8,198 bases of DNA from PVC group bacterium. Lineage in GTDB: Bacteria; GCA-001730085; JADFSZ01. Shown here one piece after another: positions 5,656 through 8,198 of the stretch; position 1 is the stretch's first letter; each line of letters starts with the position of its first letter. The position numbers and the translations under genes are program-made. The stretch spans positions 1-8,198 of the forward strand of contig JADFSZ010000077.1 of assembly GCA_022560555.1 (NCBI GenBank), given 5' to 3'. Below the pieces are notes generated by a model, which saw only the letters and a program-made list of their open reading frames with translations, ran no database searches and was not told the DNA's origin.

Positions 5656-7527
5656 TCAATCCCGAATTTGCTCGAGCATTTCTTTCGCTCCCTGATGCTT
5701 CGGTTCAATGGCAAGAACATTTTTCCAGTACTTGCGGGCCGTTTTAACATTCCCGGTGCGAAATGCCGCTAAGCCCAGATTTAAATGAGTCGGCACATTA
5801 AGGGGATCCTCTTGTAAAATCAATTGCCATTGCAAAACAACACTCGACATATCATTCAGATACATGTAAAATTCCGCCAATTTATTGCGAAATATTAAAT
5901 ATTGTTTCGGATAATCCGCAACCAATTTCTGATAGGCTATGATTTGAGCTAATAGTATTTTCTGCCGCAAATCATCCCAGGCCACTTTAGGATACAGACC
6001 TTCAGAACTTATGTTCCCTTTACTGGCAAAAAAGAAAATGTTTTCTTTTTCATGAACCAAATTATAATTCCGCTGGATGAATTTTAATAAATCCGGATAC
6101 CGGATAGGGACGTCCACGCATTCTGCATCGAGCAATAAATATTTAGGTTCGATGTTATTATATTTCTTCATAGCAAAAACTCCCTCGCTACGATGCGTAA
6201 AATGAGGTTCGAGGCTTCTAGAAACTAACAAAGAGTCCTCAGGGGGGACCAACTCTTCAATCTCTTTTATCGCTTTGAGACGCGTACCATGAAATTCTTT
6301 CGTCTGCAACAAGGATTTATCACGGAAACTGTAATCAAACGTTTCGGAATAGTAAAACATAACTGCCGTAACCGCAAGACTCGCCAATACAATCCCTCTT
6401 AACATTTGTCGCGATTTCCTAGGAGGAAGCCATCCCCCGAGTTTTCGAAGCCCCATAATATATGCGTAAAAAATGACCGGGATCATGGTGGCCGTATAAT
6501 GCTTGATTAAACTGAACTGTCCCGTAAAATCAGCCAAAGTGTTTTGAGCAATTAAGGGAAGAATCGCCACGATCAGCGGCCAATGAAGCAGGGGGATTAA
6601 GAAATGCGGTCCAAATAAATACATGATGTATTTCATTTTCTGGGGGTTTCCTGCAACAAACCCAAACGTATCAACGGGGTGAAGGAAAGTGTTTTTGACA
6701 ATTGAGCTCAACGATCCTCCTAACGTAGAGTAACGATTAAGGAGAACAACATCGTTGATAAAATCAATTCCTCCGAGATACTTAATCATAACAACTTTTG
6801 TGATTACGATAAACCAGGATAGCCCCAAAAGAATACACAAAATTCCCTTTTGCCAATCTTTCCTGTATAGCAGAAAATATAACCCCAGTAGCGCCACCAA
6901 AATGCCATGGTCTTCTTTGCAAAGAAGAATGCATGCCAGACACAGATAGAATCCTTTTGTCGATTTTAATTCATAAAATAAAAATAGTAATACCAAAAAT
7001 ATGATCGCTGTCACTCCATAATGAAAACCATTGACACAAAATCCTGATGTCGCCGGAAAAATGAGGTAACATATCCCTACGAGACATGCCAGAACTTCAT
7101 CATGAAGAATTCTGCGCGCTAAGTAATATAAGGGAATGGCTGCCAATGCGGCAAAAAGGGTCTGTAATATAAACAGGGTGTGTATACTTGTAAATATATA
7201 GTAAAACGCGAGGTATACAACTGCGATGGCTTCAAAATGTTGTGCAAACATGTTTTGATCAGCCGATTGGGTCCAAAATCCACGCCCCTGGAGAAAGTGC
7301 CAGAGCGACCCTTCATAAACGGCAGCGTCTTCACAATCAACATAATGCGCATACTTGTAAATAGGAACAGCCGAGAAGATAATAACAAATATAACAATCG
7401 CGCCACATAGTAAAAGTAACGGCTTGCTAAAAATCTTTCTGGAAAATAAAATGCCTGGAGTTGAGGCTTCAGACCTTGAAACAGGAGATAACCGATCCGG
7501 TTTTCTCCTATTTCTATTAGCTCTCAT
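5656..7527 (-). CDS. DUF2079-family polytopic membrane protein (putative GT-C-type glycosyltransferase) with C-terminal extracytoplasmic domain ending in TPR repeats
   Basis: 623-aa ORF with AAGGGTGA 4-5 nt upstream of the ATG. The first loop and helices match the DUF2079 pattern as I recall it: D-x-A-x-Y-x(3)-LW...G...FAQHFEAI...LQTLFAALAAIPLYYLARR...LLCKEDHGILVALLG. About 10-12 TM segments are followed by a 230-aa soluble C-terminus (5659-6348). The last 100 aa or so of this tail reads as TPR (e.g. HLNLGLAAFRTGNVKTARKYWKNVLAIEPKHQGAKEML). Confidence 0.9.
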   Translation of the reverse strand: MRANRNRRKPDRLSPVSRSEASTPGILFSRKIFSKPLLLLCGAIVIFVIIFSAVPIYKYAHYVDCEDAAVYEGSLWHFLQGRGFWTQSADQNMFAQHFEAIAVVYLAFYYIFTSIHTLFILQTLFAALAAIPLYYLARRILHDEVLACLVGICYLIFPATSGFCVNGFHYGVTAIIFLVLLFLFYELKSTKGFYLCLACILLCKEDHGILVALLGLYFLLYRKDWQKGILCILLGLSWFIVITKVVMIKYLGGIDFINDVVLLNRYSTLGGSLSSIVKNTFLHPVDTFGFVAGNPQKMKYIMYLFGPHFLIPLLHWPLIVAILPLIAQNTLADFTGQFSLIKHYTATMIPVIFYAYIMGLRKLGGWLPPRKSRQMLRGIVLASLAVTAVMFYYSETFDYSFRDKSLLQTKEFHGTRLKAIKEIEELVPPEDSLLVSRSLEPHFTHRSEGVFAMKKYNNIEPKYLLLDAECVDVPIRYPDLLKFIQRNYNLVHEKENIFFFASKGNISSEGLYPKVAWDDLRQKILLAQIIAYQKLVADYPKQYLIFRNKLAEFYMYLNDMSSVVLQWQLILQEDPLNVPTHLNLGLAAFRTGNVKTARKYWKNVLAIEPKHQGAKEMLEQIRD

Positions 7528-7546
7528 GTATCACCCTTTAATTTTC

Positions 7547-7574
7547 GTTATATCTTCGGTAATTTATACGTCAA
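7547..7574 (-). promoter_or_regulatory. Possible sigma70-type promoter for the DUF2079 gene
   Basis: Minus strand reads TTGACG (7574..7569), a 16-nt spacer, then TATAAC (7552..7547). This implies a very short leader of about 12 nt that still contains the SD. It is a plausible match, but such matches are common in AT-rich DNA. Confidence 0.25.
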
Positions 7575-7780
7575 TCGAACATTCCGACAATATTCCCGTA
7601 CTTGGCAGTAGGCAAATAAGCGATGAGCTGCTTGGCAATCATATCCAGGGGATATAGTTTGACTGCATGATGGCAATTGTTTTTTCTTTTGGCGTAATGA
7701 CATTCATCAGAGGTCTACAAAAGTTTTATGAATCCTGAAACTAATCTGATCTCTTCTCGAATGATCATAGGAGATGAAGT

Positions 7781-7833
7781 CAAAGCAAAAAGAGGGGGCA
7801 GGCTGGACTTGCGAACCTTTAACCTCTTTGCCC
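7781..7833 (-). terminator. Intrinsic-terminator-like hairpin plus U-tract at the 3' end of the GC-rich island
   Basis: On the minus strand GGGCA (7833..7829) pairs with UGCCC (7800..7796). An inner GGUU/AGCC helix (7824..7821 with 7804..7801) includes a U-G wobble. The hairpin is followed by CCUCUUUUUGCUUUG (7795..7781). The stem is imperfect and 4 nt separate it from the U5 run, so this is moderate evidence only. Confidence 0.35.
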
Positions 7834-8075
7834 GAAAAATATGCCCGCGCTAGGAATCGGCCCACTCTTGCTCGCCTTAAAGTCTCGTTCCAGCAGGCCC
7901 CTTCATCCCGAAAATGAAACCCTGGAAGCTCGTGCATGGTTTTCGAGGACCAAAGGTCATCGGAAATCCAGGTCACTCGTTCACTGCCGCTTACGTCCCG
8001 CTCGCTTTTCCGGCCTTTTCGGCCGGCGTTCACTCGGGTCCGTCACTTCGTTCCTCCCCTAGGACCTACAGATTT
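7787..8075 (-). ncRNA. Candidate structured non-coding RNA of unassigned class (GC-rich island)
   Basis: Hand-counted G+C is 34/60 (7791-7850), 32/60 (7861-7920) and 39/60 (7981-8040), against about one third in 8101-8198. Helices are visible by eye: CCGGCC-GAAAA-GGCCGG (8026..8010); UUCCAG/CUGGAA (7927..7922 with 7893..7888) enclosing UUUCAU-UUUCGGG-AUGAAG (7919..7901); and the terminal hairpin with its U-tract. The wobble pairs work only on the minus strand. No promoter was identified and the boundaries are approximate. Confidence 0.4.
7836..7852. repeat. Copy 2 of exact 17-nt repeat AAAATATGCCCGCGCTA (partner at 665-681)
   Basis: Identical 17-mer in the same orientation as 665-681. Lies inside the GC-rich island, immediately 5' (minus-strand sense) of the terminator-like hairpin. 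Confidence 0.9.
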
Positions 8076-8076
8076 G

Positions 8077-8198
8077 TCACGCAACTGATACGTTTCCACT
8101 GTAAGGGTAGGTCGTCGTTTTTCTACCTTTTTTTCTACTAGTGTGCTTTTTGTTGTTTTTTCTGCTTTGCTTCGTTTTTTTTGTTTTTTGCCTTGTTG
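8077..8198 (-). CDS. Possible 3' end of a gene encoding a Lys/Arg-rich C-terminal tail (frame ambiguous; gene would continue beyond the right edge)
   Basis: The minus strand is A-rich here and two frames stay open from the window edge. One reads ...TRQKTKKTKQSRKNNKKHTSRKKGRKTTTYPYSGNVSVA* (stop 8079..8077). The other reads ...QQGKKQKKRSKAEKTTKSTLVEKKVEKRRPTLTVETYQLRDKSVGPRGGTK* (stop 8045..8043). No start, family or motif is available, and the region could equally be non-coding A-rich DNA. Confidence 0.2.
   Translation of the reverse strand, partial: TRQKTKKTKQSRKNNKKHTSRKKGRKTTTYPYSGNVSVA

Noticed and set aside
1339-7410. Antisense or out-of-frame ORFs inside the confident genes (1339..1608 -, 2579..2791 +, 2828..3016 +, 3430..3663 +, 3721..3948 +, 3782..3979 +, 4051..4386 +, 4383..4643 -, 4925..5281 +, 6755..6949 +, 7119..7406 -, 7180..7410 +)
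   Set aside because: These are shadow ORFs fully nested in much longer ORFs that carry clear family motifs. Their translations are low-complexity or Arg/Ser/Cys-rich, with no recognisable motifs.
7601-7637. Repeated CTTGGCA (7601-7607 and 7631-7637) as sigma54 -24 elements
   Set aside because: No GC (-12 element) lies at the required spacing after either copy. Both are also oriented on the plus strand, away from any gene.
7781-8075. Assigning the island to RNase P RNA, tmRNA, SRP RNA, 6S RNA, a tRNA, a common riboswitch or a group II intron
   Set aside because: GGGGAGGAACGAAGUGACGGACCC superficially recalls the RNase P P4 region and the tmRNA 5' end. However, the invariant AAAGUCC, the ACAGAAnCCGGCUUA, a T-arm with CCA end, a tag ORF and the SRP GGAAGCAGCC are all absent. 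GGUUCGCAAGUCC does not fold as a T-arm. There is no GUGYG start, domain V or RT for a group II intron. The resemblances are too weak to call without a covariance-model search.
7707-8141. Three ORFs of 73-108 aa in the GC-rich island (7707..8033 -, 7841..8062 +, 7914..8141 +) as protein-coding genes
   Set aside because: They overlap each other on both strands. None has a convincing SD or any family motif I recognise. The 108-aa ORF reads straight through the terminator-like hairpin. Long chance ORFs are expected where GC content depletes stop codons. I keep this only as an alternative to be tested by blastx or RNAcode.
1-8198. Defence island, mobile element, CRISPR array or prophage content
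   Set aside because: No spaced direct repeats are present. No nuclease, ATPase, RT, integrase, transposase or toxin-like ORFs are present. No terminal inverted repeats or tRNA-linked att-like sites were seen.

Overview
The window is about 40% G+C and is dominated by a cell-envelope glycan-modification locus. No rRNA, tRNA, CRISPR array, transposase, integrase or recognisable defence gene is visible. The locus core has five genes. They are a WecE-like sugar aminotransferase (1247-2392, +), a tightly overlapping minus-strand operon, and a large DUF2079-type polytopic membrane protein with a C-terminal TPR domain (7527-5656, -). The operon encodes an ArnC/GtrB-like polyprenyl-phosphate glycosyltransferase (4668-3739), a NeuD/PglD-type hexapeptide acetyltransferase (3755-3048) and a 2OG-oxygenase-like protein (3051-2389). 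Together these look like an Arn/Gtr-style pathway: make an N-acyl amino-deoxy sugar, load it on a polyprenyl phosphate, then transfer it outside the membrane. An orphan 211-aa multi-pass membrane protein (4992-5627, +) sits inside the locus. The left flank holds a small membrane-protein gene with a near-consensus promoter and a four-unit, 10-bp-phased direct-repeat array just upstream. It also holds an exported-protein gene that runs off the left edge and is missing from the ORF track. The most unusual non-coding signal is a GC-rich, hairpin-dense island of about 290 nt (about 7781-8075, minus strand favoured). It ends in a terminator-like hairpin and I could not assign it to any RNA class from sequence alone. 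It shares an exact 17-mer with the 5' leader of the small membrane-protein gene 7 kb away. All functional assignments come from motif recognition by eye; no database search was run.
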